Source: Lingula anatina (Eukaryota > Animalia > Brachiopoda). From it: a stretch of 64,000 bases of DNA. The stretch is taken from positions 10,292,001 to 10,356,000 of the forward strand of contig CM120643.1 in assembly GCA_051362555.1 (NCBI GenBank), read 5' to 3'. Every line of letters starts with the position of its first letter. The first letter of the stretch is position 1. Shown in pieces: positions 44,201 through 56,349 of the stretch. The notes below the pieces were generated by a model. The model ran no database searches. It had not been told where the DNA came from and was given only the letters and a program-made list of their open reading frames with translations. The position numbers and the translations under genes are program-made.

Positions 44201-47200
44201 TCTAGTTTGATTAGTTTAGAAAATTAAACAGTTACTCTGGCGGCTCTCCGTCATTGCTATGAATCTGACATCGAATTTAGTCCAAAATATTAGTAAATTC
44301 AGAATTATTAGCTAAAACGTAAATTGCCCTAATTTGTCATATAATCAAAAATGCCGGTGATCCACGCGGAGGGTACGCTTTCCTGAAGGTAGCGGCGACG
44401 AATAGTGAACCTTTATTAGTTACGAAAAGCCCCCTTTCAACAGGCGCGTTTTATTAATTACTTCATGTCACAAAGTTAATTTATACAGGCAAAACTTTAT
44501 TCAAGGAAATTGTTTCACGAAATGAACGAGAGTTAAATATAAGTCGGCACAAATATAATAAGGCATACAACAATGAGTCATGTCATGGATCATGTTATGG
44601 GCCATGTCGGATTGTAATGGCATATCTTGATGCAAAACAGTCTATCGTTTCTTCCACCACGAGTCCCTTTATTTAATGTAATGTATTACTCATTACCCGT
44701 TTCATTTGACACTCTCTCTTTTTATCTCCCTTCCCCTTTCTCTTGTTAGAAGGAGGGCAAATAATTAAGCACTCAAAATCTGCACCACCAATCTTCAGAA
44801 AAACATAAGTCAACGAACCAGTGGGCTGATCCACAACATCCGACACAGCAGAATGAATCAAATAACAGCTAGCACAAATTTATATGCAGTTACGGTAGCT
44901 ATAGTGTCACTACATACATAATCAGCTGCACGCGCGAAGCTGTTGAACAAAAGGATAGTTCGCTACGGGAGACCGTTTGTTTACATAAGTACTCTAAGGG
45001 GGCGTGGCTACCCAGGCGACCAGGGGATTAGGCTAGTTACTATATGCCGTCAACAATCGTTTAGCGACCCTATCATTATACACTCTCTCTATTGTATTTT
45101 CCACCGCATTAATCGCAGTGTAATCTTCAAATGGTCCACGGGGTAAATGTACACATTCTAAATCCTAGTACGGTAGGTAGGAAAGTTTAATGCTGTAGTA
45201 ACATTAAGACCCCATTTCCAGAGATTAGATCGATCTACTTTAGATCGACCTAACTCCCTGGGGGTTCACGCTAAATAGCTGTCAGCCAAGCGGACACGAA
45301 AGTGAATTACCCCCTTACAGCTTGTAGTAGGCTGGACGGACATTTAAGCCGGATTATCTGACAGTAATCAAGTGAGACTCCCCGCGGGGATAGATTGATC
45401 TAAAAGCTCTGGGAATACAGCCTAAGATGTCCAGCTCAATATCTGCTTTTGTTTTACTTGATATAGATAAGATAACAACTTTTGAATATCTTAAAAGCTG
45501 CAGTAAATGTATGTTTATTGCAATGTTTTTTTTCCTCATAATTCTCAAACACAGACTTTTATATGTTTTATTTTCAGATCTGAAAAATATGAAAGATGCA
45601 AATGGAAAGTTTGGTGTGGTAGGAGAACCAAGAGGGGACAATTTATTCATTTGGGTGCAGTAATTCTCTTTAAATTTAAATAAACTAAATCAGGAAAAAA
45701 AACGCTTCCAGAAAAAAAATTTGCTAGATAGTAAAACTTGTAATAGCTGACTTAGAAGTTTTAAAGAAAGTGGTTTATGTCAGAAAGTATGTTTGTGTGA
45801 TTGAAATCAAATGAAAATTCAGTTTTATGCAGTTTGCAAATGTTTGTCTTGGCAGTGCCAAAAAATCTTGTTCATCGTCTGAATTAGCTTTTTTATATCT
45901 GTTGCCTCTGACATTACCAGTAAGTTGGGATATTTTTGCTTTAGGACGTGAAACTTACAGATTTCCCTAAGGATACAAGACTTGGAAAGGATTTAGAAAA
46001 CTTTGCAAAACAGTACAATAGAGAGGTGAGTTGACATGTTGGAGCAATATTCGTAATGTTAAGTAGGTGCTAAGATCAGCAGCTTAACTTGCCCAAGGAA
46101 ACATCACACTAGAAGTAAAATAAGCTCTACTATAATAGCTCTGTTCACCAGGGTAAAATGAGGTAAATCTGCCATCCTTTGTTGTTAAATGTAAGAATAG
46201 ACAAATTAGTACAGAAATATGGATTTCCATAATAAACAAATATTTCTTGATGAGAGGTCCTTTAAACAGAAATGTCTGTTAAGTTGCAGCTAACCTTTTG
46301 CCACGAGGAGGTAGAAACTATATATCATATACTTTGGGATTGTAATATTGTACAAAACTTCTTATGCCAAGTAGAAGCATGGTTAATTTCTTGTAATATA
46401 TATTTAAATTTCAGTAATATACAGTTTATTTTAATTGACATTAATGAACGTAATGTATCCAATATAATCATGACTATACACATTAAGTTTTTCATATACA
46501 AAACAAAATGTCAGAAAGACGCACTGTTACTCACAAAACTTCAACTTTATTTAGAAAATATATACAAAATCTATAAGCAAAAATACATTGTATCTCAAGA
46601 CTTAGATAAATTCAATGTTATATGGCAGAAATGGAGGGGTATATATGGATTTGTGTAGTTGCATGTATACAAATTATTGACTATAATTGTCTTATTCGTT
46701 AAATCCTTGTGGACTTTGGTATTGTAATGAATATTGTGTGCTTGTAAAAATTTATGTACTTGCTTTTTTTCTATTGCAATAAAAAAAAAAAAAAAGTTGC
46801 AGCTAACCTGATGCTAGAGGTGTTATGTTGTAATAGTGGCTTATTAATTCCAGCCTGTAGTATATTTAGAAATGAAGTTCCCCCAGGAGTTTCCCATGCA
46901 TCCACCCTTTGTTAGAGTAACAAGACCAAGATTTAAATTTCTTACAGGTAAGCAGTCAGGTGTAGGTTGATCTGTTAACTTAAATAATTAACCCCCCCCC
47001 CCTCCTCCTTTTCCAAATAACAATAATGATATTTTATTTTACTGAAAATAAAGAAGGTTTAACTATATATGTTCATGTCCATATTGTCCTGGAAACTCTT
47101 TAGAAAAGAAAGCAATCCTGACAGCTTTGGGAATTCAAGCAGCTTTGTTTACTTAAAACCTGCTTTTCTTAGCAGCAGTTACATAATGCAATAATGAGGG

Positions 47201-47916
47201 GACAAGTGTTCTTCTCAATTCTAGGTCACGTAACAATAGGAGGAAGTATATGTATGGAGTTGTTAACAAAGTCAGGTTGGAGACCAACAAATGACATTGA
47301 GGTACACTTAACACATTCACATTCAATTTCTTTTGAGAAAAGAAATTTAACACTGGGAACAAAACTGAATGAAAGTTATGCATACTTTTTTGTTGTATGT
47401 AATGTAAATCTACATAGAATTTTTGTTATCACAATTGCATAATTTCTAAGCAGCAATAATATTTATTTTAAGTCTTAAATCCAATTATATCAGCAGCTTT
47501 TACAATATGAATGTAGAAGATAAAAGCAATGGTAAAGATTTTTGTGGCAATCAAAGAAAATTGCTAGCATTCAAGAGACTTTGTGTTCCATCTTTATGGC
47601 ATATTCAAGCATTATTGATAAATTTGAATGTTTGGCAGGTAGCATTATATCTAATGTGATGGCCATTAAAGAGAATTTATCTATGAAAGGCATTGAAAAT
47701 CTCTCTCCCCAATAGACATAAAAACTAAAATGTCTTTTGCTGAAGTAAACTTATCAGTCCTTTGCCATTCTGCTCCAGGGTATTTTAGTGCAGATCCGCA
47801 CAGAGATTATGAGTGATGGTAACACTCGTCTTGATGCCAGACCTGACAATGCCTACACAGAGGAAGAAGCAAAGTTTGCATTCCAAAGAATGGTACAAAA
47901 GTATGGTTGGCAGTAA
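32205..47916 (+). CDS. UBE2Q-family (UBE2Q/UBE2QL1-like) ubiquitin-conjugating enzyme E2, 319 aa
   Basis: Exons 32205-32363, 34287-34409, 34716-34852, 36071-36144, 45578-45654, 45945-46025, 46854-46947, 47225-47301, 47779-47916, all phase-consistent. Acidic linker, then AVHRLVKDL, DNLFIWDVKL, FPQEFPMHPPFVRVTRP, active-site GHVTIGGSICMELLTKSGW, and C-terminal YTEEEAKFAFQRMVQKYGWQ. Confidence 0.92.
35155..35854 (+). mobile_element. Rearranged LTR retroelement: partial LTR, inverted LTR segment, polypurine tract, complete 489-bp LTR
   Basis: TGTCAGGG...CCCGACA termini with TTAT 4-bp TSD. LTR start occurs at 35155 and 35366. Inverted copy about 35246-35350. GGAAAAGGAGGAATG lies just before the second LTR, which contains TATATAA and ATTAAA. 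Confidence 0.8.
36857..40196. mobile_element. 3.3-kb TIR DNA transposon derivative in UBE2Q intron 4
   Basis: Perfect 30-bp TIRs CTAAGATCTAATAAACAGAAAGATTGGACA, subterminal inverted AGACGTTCGTACGG, and a GTTGAAG direct repeat at both flanks. Confidence 0.85.
39128..39710. repeat. Tandem repeat, unit about 188 bp, 3 copies plus a partial fourth
   Basis: Units start CCGCCAT(C/T)TTG near 39128, 39315, 39503 and 39691. Confidence 0.9.
41767..42732. mobile_element. PIF/Harbinger-like non-autonomous element, 966 bp
   Basis: TIRs GGCCACACTTTTTAATTTTATGGATGACATCC / GGATGTCATCCATAAAAATAAAAAAGTGTGGCC with TAA TSD. Contains a diverged internal duplication (about 42290-42420 vs 42450-42570). Confidence 0.85.
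46297..46795 (+). mobile_element. 5'-truncated non-LTR retrotransposon (L1/Tx1-like ORF2 C-terminus) in a UBE2Q intron
   Basis: 16-bp TSD AAGTTGCAGCTAACCT (46281-46296 and 46794-46809), AATAAA plus poly(A) tail, and an ORF fragment FCHEEVETIYHILWDC...IKFFIYKTK...W resembling the CCHC knuckle at the end of ORF2. Confidence 0.85.
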
Positions 47917-50900
47917 TGCTCATTTTTTCAGTGGACTTGGACCCTTCACGCAGATCTGTATCTTTCTGTTGAACTGAAGCTTCTGTCATGTATTTGAATA
48001 GCAAAGGGTATTACTAAACCCAGGGTGTCCAGCTTGAGGTCAAGCAATGAGCTTTAGGTTGGGCTATAATTGTTTTTAAGTCAGGGTTACACTTGTTGTG
48101 AAAGAGGCACTTGTATTAAGACAATGAAAGTGACTGTGTTTAAATAGTCTGTACTGTTTGTACCTGTGGGATGTTACTTTAAGAGATAACAACTCTTCAT
48201 TTTGGTGAAAAAGTGCCATAAAACCAATTTTCCTAGGGTAAACAAAGATGTTTCCCACACTTACCAAAGGCAAAAAAATACATTCCAACATTCAAGTTAG
48301 TGGATTTTTTTTTCTTACGAGATAATTACAGAGGATATCCATCTACGAAGGTCCATGTGATCTGATGGCAAGCACAGATTTCAGAATAATTGTGATGACT
48401 GCCATTTTGGTGGTAAAATGGAATTTATCATACTTCTGTGTTGTTTACAATGCATTAAATATTTATTGTGGAATTTTGGATCTCATATGAAGAGTTGTTA
48501 TCCCTTTAAACAAGTATTGGGAGTCAGCTGCTTCATTTGTACACATAAAGCATATATAGAAGGCCTGCTATGGACTCGCCAATGGACTCGTGAAAGGTTC
48601 AAGAACATCTCTGTGGGACCCATTCATGCACTGTTGTTAAATTAATCTGATCAAAGGAAAAACGAATCTTTGCAGATAACTAGTAAATAGTCTGTTTACT
48701 TTTGGTAAAAGATGAAAGAATTTGCTTACATGCAATGCATGTATTATGACTTGTTAAGATTATGAATGTCTCACCAGGAATCTTATGGATTCACCAGGAT
48801 GCATTACGTCAGACTTGTGAAAACTCGAAACATTTCATTGGGACTTGTTATGACACTGTTTTTAGGTCACTAACTTAAGGCGATCTTGACACCTTGCTTA
48901 AGAGAAGTTTCTTCTGACTTATATTAGGGCTGATGCACAGAAAAGACAAAGACCTGGTGTAACTGTCAGTCATGTTGTGCATGTGAGGTACACCATGACA
49001 GGGTCCTTTATTCTGGATATTTGTTGTGGTATAAAGCTTGTGGCAAAATTCATATGGTTAAAACTACCCGTCTTGCATTGAAATTACTGTATACTAATAA
49101 GTTGCTCAAATGAATTAAGGAATATTTGTGTTCAGGAAATGACAATGTTTAAACTTCGTACATTGTGGCATATGTGTTAGTAGATTGGGGTCTGGAAGTT
49201 TTTACTAAAACCGCCCTTACACTGGACAGCATCCTTTGTGCTACCATGAAACTGGCATTGCTGTGGTCCTAGAAAGGAGGTACAAACATTGCTTTAGTTG
49301 CAGAATGAATGCTCAATGATTGGCCAGTTGTGGGAATGTAATTTTTTTTTTTTTTTTTTTACTCTCAAACGGGCCACACTACGGGACGCAGAAAGGACGC
49401 CGTCCAGCCTAAGCATTTTTTTTTTTTTTTTTTTTTTTTTCCATTTAATAAAAACGGCAGCCTTGGTGACTGAAGGAGTAGGATTCTATGAACCATTCTA
49501 TAGTGCACATGCTGCTATAAGGGTAGACATACATTTATGTTAAGTTTCTTACCTTGAAAACCTTCCCAAAGATCTTTGTATATTTGGTAGTGATGTCAAC
49601 AGTTGAATCCATAATGTTAATCAAACTCCTCTATTCATTTTATTTTGACCTAAAAATCCTGAATATGTGAACATGTGTAACAGCATTATTAATATAATTA
49701 TTTCTTAGAATTTCTTATATACATTTATATATTTGAGAACTACCGGTAAATTTAAATGAAAGTGATTTAAACTTATTGTGGTTGTATGTAATAGATAGCA
49801 TACCCTTTTTAATTTTTGTTCATTTTAATGTATCATTTTTTTTTCTTCTTAATATTAAATTTTAGGTGCAAAAATTCAACAATTCATGTAAAGCAAGAAG
49901 ATAAAAATAATGCACATATGTCTCTGTAAATTGTTGAATTAATCATAACGGGTCACCAGAAAAGAAATTTAAGAAGCACTAACAATGTAGTTTTAGTTAA
50001 ATTGTTATTGGCTTTATAAGTTCAATATAGAATATTTTTGATATTTGAAGGACTTCTGTGTTCTTAATTTTCTGGAAGTTAACGTGAATCATTATTACAA
50101 CATTTTAAATATTAAGGAAATATGTGCAGTAGCATAAAGAAATTAGGAAATTTAGACAAAATTGCACAGATAAGTCCCCTGTATCTGTGTAAATTAATAC
50201 AAGGAAAATGTTTCCAAGAAGCAAAACAGAATATTACCTGAACTTAGAAAGTAGAAAGTTTGCAAAAATGGTAGTGATGACAGCTACTGTATAATGGTCA
50301 TACCATTTAGATTTTCTTGCCATTTCAAATTATGAGAAAACTGAAATAAAAAAGTTCAAAATAAATTCATTTACCCTCTCAATTGTACTCATCCGTCCCT
50401 TGATTTTGTTTGTCTCATTTGAGACCGCTTTCCAACAGAATTTGTCGTATTATCCGTTTCCATTCTGCTCGCATCATAGAGATTCCTGCTTGCCGAAAAA
50501 AGTCATCAGGCGCGTCTTATAATCAACATAAACTTTACTTTTTCATGCCTGGTGCCCACTTATTCTTTTTGCATTTCGTGCTCTTATCCAGGAAAAGTGA
50601 TTTGTTATTGGGGAAATTGTTTCTATGGACAAGTGCCGAAGTTACTCAAACGTGCTTTTGGGATAGCAAATTTCAAACACTTTTTTATCGTAAACTTTTA
50701 CAATGTCGTAAAATCAAACATGAAACAAATTTGTCGTTTTGAATGAAAATTATCAATTTATAGTCATTACCTGCTATTATAAAGTAGTACTGTACTAGTG
50801 TATTGGATATTGAATGAAGAGACCACATTAGCATATAAGCATCGTAAGAGGTAAGTTTGGCGTGTCTTATAGCATTGAGATTCAAATTGAACGGTATAAA

Positions 50901-52173
50901 GTGAACGAATTCATGACAGCAAATAGAAAGCAGAAAAAAATGGGCATTGACATATATTGCTGCAACATGGCAAAAAAAGTCGGCCAGTTAGTCTGCGGAT
51001 CAACTGTTTCTGCACAGGCCCTTGGGTCTCACTGGCGGACCAAGAGGTTTGACAAGGGGTGAGGTGTCTTAGCTTCTCTCGGCAAACACAGTAGCTGACG
51101 AGGACAAGTTAACTTTAGTTTGTAGGGCATATGGGATGGACAGATCGCTTATGCCTGCATAGTTTCGCTGCTAATACTGATTTCAGGGAGGGACGTGTTG
51201 AAATGGGTACCTCCGAAGCTATGTGGGAGGGGTACGTGATCCAAAAATTCCCCCTGGGACAGCCACTGCGTCTATACGAGTTTCACTTCCTTGTGCACCT
51301 GCGCTTGGTCGCGTCTGGATGTCCTTGAGTTTATGTTGAATGAGGATTAGGTCTACCACTGTGAAACGTGAGCCTTCCCTCCAACATCTCCCATTACATA
51401 TCTACATATTGGAGACAATTACGAAAAAAGGATTTTCATGGTTTATAGGTAAGCTGATAAAGCAGAAACTAAACTTATCACCAACTAGATACATACAGAT
51501 GTGGAACAGAACGCAGTGTAAGACTCTCATCATTAGTTAAAAACAAATCTTTTTTGTTATTGAGTCCAAAGTATCATGTCATTCTAGGGACAAATACGAT
51601 CCGGTTTTGTAAAAGACTAATTTTTGACCATGCAGAAGTAGAAATTTGTAATTCATAATATTGCCATAACAAGGGACTTCCATTTGGCAGACGGCCATTA
51701 CATATACGAGTTTATAGGTAATTTTGAAGATATTGAGTAACGCATTACAAACTGTAGCGCCCATCCTTTAACGATTGGAAAATGGTCGTGTAATTTTTTC
51801 CAATTTATTAATGTCGGAACAAATAAACTTGATGAGCAGTTCAAATGCTTGACGACTGATTATTATCAACATTAGTGAATTATATTCATTTTTTCTACGA
51901 TTAAGACCAGAAAAATCCAGATCACTCCTGTTTTGATCAACAATATCAATGTCTGATACGGGATTAATCAATTAATTAATTAATCAAGCGAATATGAATA
52001 ATATGCCTTTCTTTCATCTCTGCAATTTCGACGTCAGTGACTGCATAAAAGCAGCCAGCGCGTAGGCCTACGCTATCTGGAGAGAAACAACTTCAGAGAG
52101 TGGTTACAGTTGGCGAAGATCAAAGCGAGTTCGACGACAGGTATCCGTGTTTTCACTGGCTTTTCCGATCAGA

Positions 52174-52318
52174 ATGAAGTGGGCAATTATGACCTTAGTG
52201 TTTTGTCTCCTGGTAGTAAGCTCTACCCAAGCTCTGAGCATATACATGGGAAATTCGGTAACTATCATAACAAAATCACTTGTGGTAGCATGGCTGTAAG
52301 TGCAGTTAACATCTGTAC

Positions 52319-52361
<43 letters not shown>

Positions 52362-52455
52362 AATCTTTATCCATTCACAGTGTCAAAGTGTGGTTTTGTC
52401 AAGGAGATAGACTTAAATGTATGTCGACTCTCCATTACTCCCTCTCTCTCTTTCT

Positions 52456-52504
<49 letters not shown>

Positions 52505-52825
52505 GATATTTATTTAAACATAGACTAGTATATGTTTTGGTTTCTTTTATTAGCCATTCAAGTTGTGTAAAGATGTTATTTTCTGCTTTTCTGTTCTGGT
52601 TGCTTATAGATTTTAAAATATGCGTGCGTTAAACCTAGATGCGTAAAAATTGTTCATAAAGTTATGGCCTTTCCTTTTATTTATTTTATTATGCAGTGTC
52701 AACGTTATTGCAATAATCAGGCGTCATCATGCAGTGACCGCTGTAGCGGATCGTTCAGGAGAACTTGTGTCAACCGGTGCTGGAGCAGAAGCGTTTTATG
52801 CCTCAACAATTGTCCCAGAGGGTAG
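52174..52825 (+). CDS. Predicted secreted cysteine-rich cationic peptide, 70-aa precursor, two exons
   Basis: Exon 52174-52257 (MKWAIMTLVFCLLVVSSTQALSIYMGNS, donor GTAACT) joins in phase 0 to exon 52697-52825 after a T-rich tract and CAG (CQRYCNNQASSCSDRCSGSFRRTCVNRCWSRSVLCLNNCPRG*). TATA-like CATAAAAG near 52044; AATAAA at 53005. Confidence 0.75.
52321..52500. repeat. (CT)n microsatellite tracts in the peptide-gene intron
   Basis: CT runs at about 52321-52357 and 52440-52500. Confidence 0.9.
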
Positions 52826-53754
52826 GGCCTTGTCAAAATGACGTCACATCCCCCGCTGTCGAACCCTGATGATCCGAATGTTGCCATTTCTAAGCAATTA
52901 TTCATTTATTTGTTTATAATTAATCAATTGATTTTTAATTGCATTGTAGCATGACAGGCGTCGTTTGCGAAAACTGGGCGTTTTGTTGCCTATAATGAGC
53001 TTGTAATAAACGTAGCGAAGATGATATTGTGAAGTTGTTTATTATTACTTTGATCTTTGATAATAGATATACCTCTACCATTACTAACGATGTTTTGCCA
53101 TTATTTCATTTATTTAATTATTCAGCATCCTTACTAAACATACGTTTACACAATTCTTCAAACATTCAGTTTTAGCACATTTAATGCAGCATAACGGACC
53201 AGTTTTGGTTTAACATCTCGTAATTTTACTTTTTTTGAATGACGGCGGTACACGCGGCATCGCGATATGCTAATGCTGTTCTTTGTTGTTATATTAATTT
53301 AGTTTTACAGTTCTTTGTAGCACCAATGAGTTGTGTGCAATCTGTTTTTATATCTAGGGAGGGCTGGCGGTGCTGTCCCGTGCGGGATCTGAAATAATTT
53401 TATTTCCAGCAGCACCATCGTATACATCGTATATTTCATTCGTTAGTGCAATACGCTCTATAGTATGACGTACCGAGCCTAATTTTTTATTCGGTTTAGG
53501 TTATGATATTGACCTTTATACGTAATACAGTTGATTATCGGGTTTAACACCATTTTATTATAGTTCATTTTTGGGTTAAATCATTCCGTCTTGCATGGAA
53601 GTGAACTTGCTTCGGATTTGGCAGTGCTTCAATAGCTAGGTTTCTCAGCTTCTTGCCTTTCTTGGTGGAAGTGTTATTCTCTGTAAACCTACTTGTGTCA
53701 TCCAAGTTTCTGCCCCGTCTCATTGCTCCAGGAAATGGATCACAATAAAGCCAT

Positions 53755-54605
53755 CACAGAGAATAAAATTGGAGTCATTTGACTCTTTGGTCAGAGTCCA
53801 GCACCCCTTCGCCCTAATGGAGTTAATTTCACTCCTACATAAGGGTCAAATTACCCCCTACCAGAGTCTTTAAACTCTTATCAGAGTCTATCACCCCCTG
53901 GCTCTCATGGAGTCAATCTGACTCTAAAATCAGAGTCAGGCGGCGTGGAGAGAACAATTTTCATCATCCATTGTCAGTATAAACATTTCTTTATTGGCCA
54001 TAGTTGGTTTTATGCATGAACAAGTGGTTGTCTGTGTGTTTCTGCATACAGAACTCGTGCACTTGCCCGGGCTTTCAGTTGCCCACACCCTTTATGTGAT
54101 ACGTTGGTATACAGGTTAGCAGGTTTTGTTTCTAGGTTGTAGGTTTGACCCGCCAATGCATGTCACTTGGGAGGTATGCTCACTCATTGGTGTGTGTGTG
54201 TGTGTGTCATGATGTTTATTACCAGATTTACAAACTGTTTGTTATTGCTATGCTGACACCATGTGCGACCGGATGGCCTTGTGGTTAGAGTGCCCACCTC
54301 CGTGTGTTCGAACCCTACCGGCGACATACCGGGCTTTAATAAAAGGAACCTGCTGTCACCCCGCTCGGCACTGTTGTTGCTGTTTTTTCTCATAATGAGC
54401 CAAGGAGTCAAAAATTCCTTAATATGGGGTCATGGTGACTCTTATGTAGAGATAAATCAAGGGATGTGTGAATGGAGACCCTTCTGTGTGGTCTGGGATG
54501 GCGTTACTCCATCGGAGTCAACGTGACTCCAATTGGGAGTTATTTTAGGCACCGCTGCTGGACTCCAAGTTTGGAGTCACTTGGACTCCGATTTTATTCT
54601 CAGTG
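53755..54605. mobile_element. CACTA/EnSpm (CMC)-like non-autonomous element
   Basis: TIRs CACAGAGAATAAAATTGGAGTC / GACTCCGATTTTATTCTCAGTG with AT 2-bp TSD. Multiple subterminal GAGTCA..TGACTC palindromes at both ends. Confidence 0.7.
54266..54330 (+). mobile_element. tRNA-derived SINE-head-like fragment
   Basis: A-box-like TGGCCTTGTGG and B-box GTTCGAACC with shortened spacing; no complete cloverleaf. Confidence 0.35.
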
Positions 54606-55306
54606 ATGTTTTCTGGGCGGTCGAGCACTGGGTTCTGTGTCCCAGGGTGCCGCATCCATATTAAATCGTGCAAACTATGCAGACTTTTACGATGATATTT
54701 ACAGTGGAGGGGTGACGTTTCATGGTAGTCATGAGAACCTGGCAACGGTTTGGCAGGATGCCAAATGCATTTTCAACTGGCACGTGAAACACTGTATTTA
54801 CATATCGGTAAGACTTCGTTGAGTGCATGGCTTCATCAGGGTGTCTCGGAGGGCAAAGGCATCATAACCAAGGAAGAAAACGGTAGAGCCATGGTGATAA
54901 TGTAAAAATGGCACTAAATTTATATCACATATTACAACGCGTTTGGATACGTTTTCAAACGCTATTCAAGCGCCATGCATACGTTGAATACGCTCATCGA
55001 TCGTTACAGATACGCTCTATACGTTACTCTTCCGCGACCATCACGGTACTTGCACGCAATCAATGCAAGGCAAGCTCTATTGGCTATGGTATTTTAACGT
55101 CTTTCTACCGTATGGCTAGCGTACCTCCTGCGTATAGGTAAAGTGTGATGTAACTTTTCTCTTTCGTTGGTGCAATTCACTGTAGTGTGGCAGGGCATTT
55201 ACGTTGCCTTTACAGATGTACAGTAAAAAGTTTGTGACGATTACGTATCGAGACGTATCAATCGGGCCGTGCACCAGCATCTATATTTTGTGTCAATTGC
55301 AAGCTA

Positions 55307-56349
55307 CAGGGGCGTAACCAGACCTTTAAAAATTGTACGCACAGATTTTTAAAATTTCCAGCAAAATGTAGACTAACGCAAGAGATGAAGGACAGCGTAA
55401 TTACAGCATATGTACCACACATCGCAGCTTAATTTCCATTAATAATAAAATCGTCATTTAGTCAGAAATATTTTCGCAATTAAAAAAGTTTCAATATTCT
55501 TATTACCCAGAACGGTATATTTATTTAAAAGGAGGCTAGCTTCGCATATGTGGAACCCCCTTCGAATAATCCTGGATCCACATCTGAGTTGCTAACGGGG
55601 GCGTCTCGATATTCCGAAGGTTCATTGGTCCGAAGGTTCATTGGTCCGAAAAGTGGTAACATTTTCATCAATTTTTTAATCAAGGAACTAACATACGGTT
55701 TCATTCAACTTACATGTGGATGCATGGCTCCCAAAAACAACCAATTGTACGACACGACAGAGCTCTGATACATCTAAGTTTAATTATTTGTTTGTAAAAA
55801 TTGCCCATGTCACCCTGTTAGTTTGGAGGGGTAAGCTGGGTCAAGTCCGTGTCAAAATTCTTTGATGCTTTGCAGGAAAAAATTCTTCCTTTGTTTCTCT
55901 AGCTCCTTCTTAAACCTGGTGTCCAGATTTTATCTAGTGCCCCCAGGGTTGCGGGAGCTGCTCTTTGAAAATAACACTCAGGCAGATTTTTATCTGAGAA
56001 AAATATCGCCAGATATTCTCAAGAAAGAGGGTACAGCTGAGTTGAGGCAAGGAGTTATAACTCCTTGGTTGAGGGCCACTGAACCCTCCAATTAAGAGGT
56101 ACAGGAAGTTTCAGTTAGATGGACGATTAAGATAGGACTTGTTAGGGTTAAGACCGGGGGGGGGGGGGTCAGAACAATTGTGCCTATACAATTGATACAG
56201 AGGATTTGTACATACAGGTGACTTTAATAAGCAGAGGATTTTCTTATATATTCCGTGAAAAATACACTAAATTTATATAAAATAATATCATGGTTGGCCA
56301 AAAAATTGTACGCACAGTGCTTCCGTGCGTATGCCTAGTTACGCCCATG
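55307..56349. mobile_element. 1.04-kb non-autonomous hAT-like element with 5-bp TSD
   Basis: Termini CAGGGGCGTAAC...GTTACGCCCATG, AGCTA on both flanks, and subterminal direct repeat AAAAATTGTACGCACAG near both ends. Confidence 0.8.

Noticed and set aside
49341-49440. GC-rich 55-mer between two poly-T tracts as a retroposed small RNA
   Set aside because: No TSD, no Pol III boxes and no RNA family I recognise.
52650-52841. 63-aa ORF-track ORF (MFIKLWPFLLF...) as the real gene
   Set aside because: It starts at TTG within an intronic pyrimidine tract. The overlapping frame gives an ordered 8-Cys pattern directly after a canonical acceptor.
54266-54330. Functional tRNA gene
   Set aside because: A and B boxes are too close and there is no anticodon arm; at most a SINE-like remnant.
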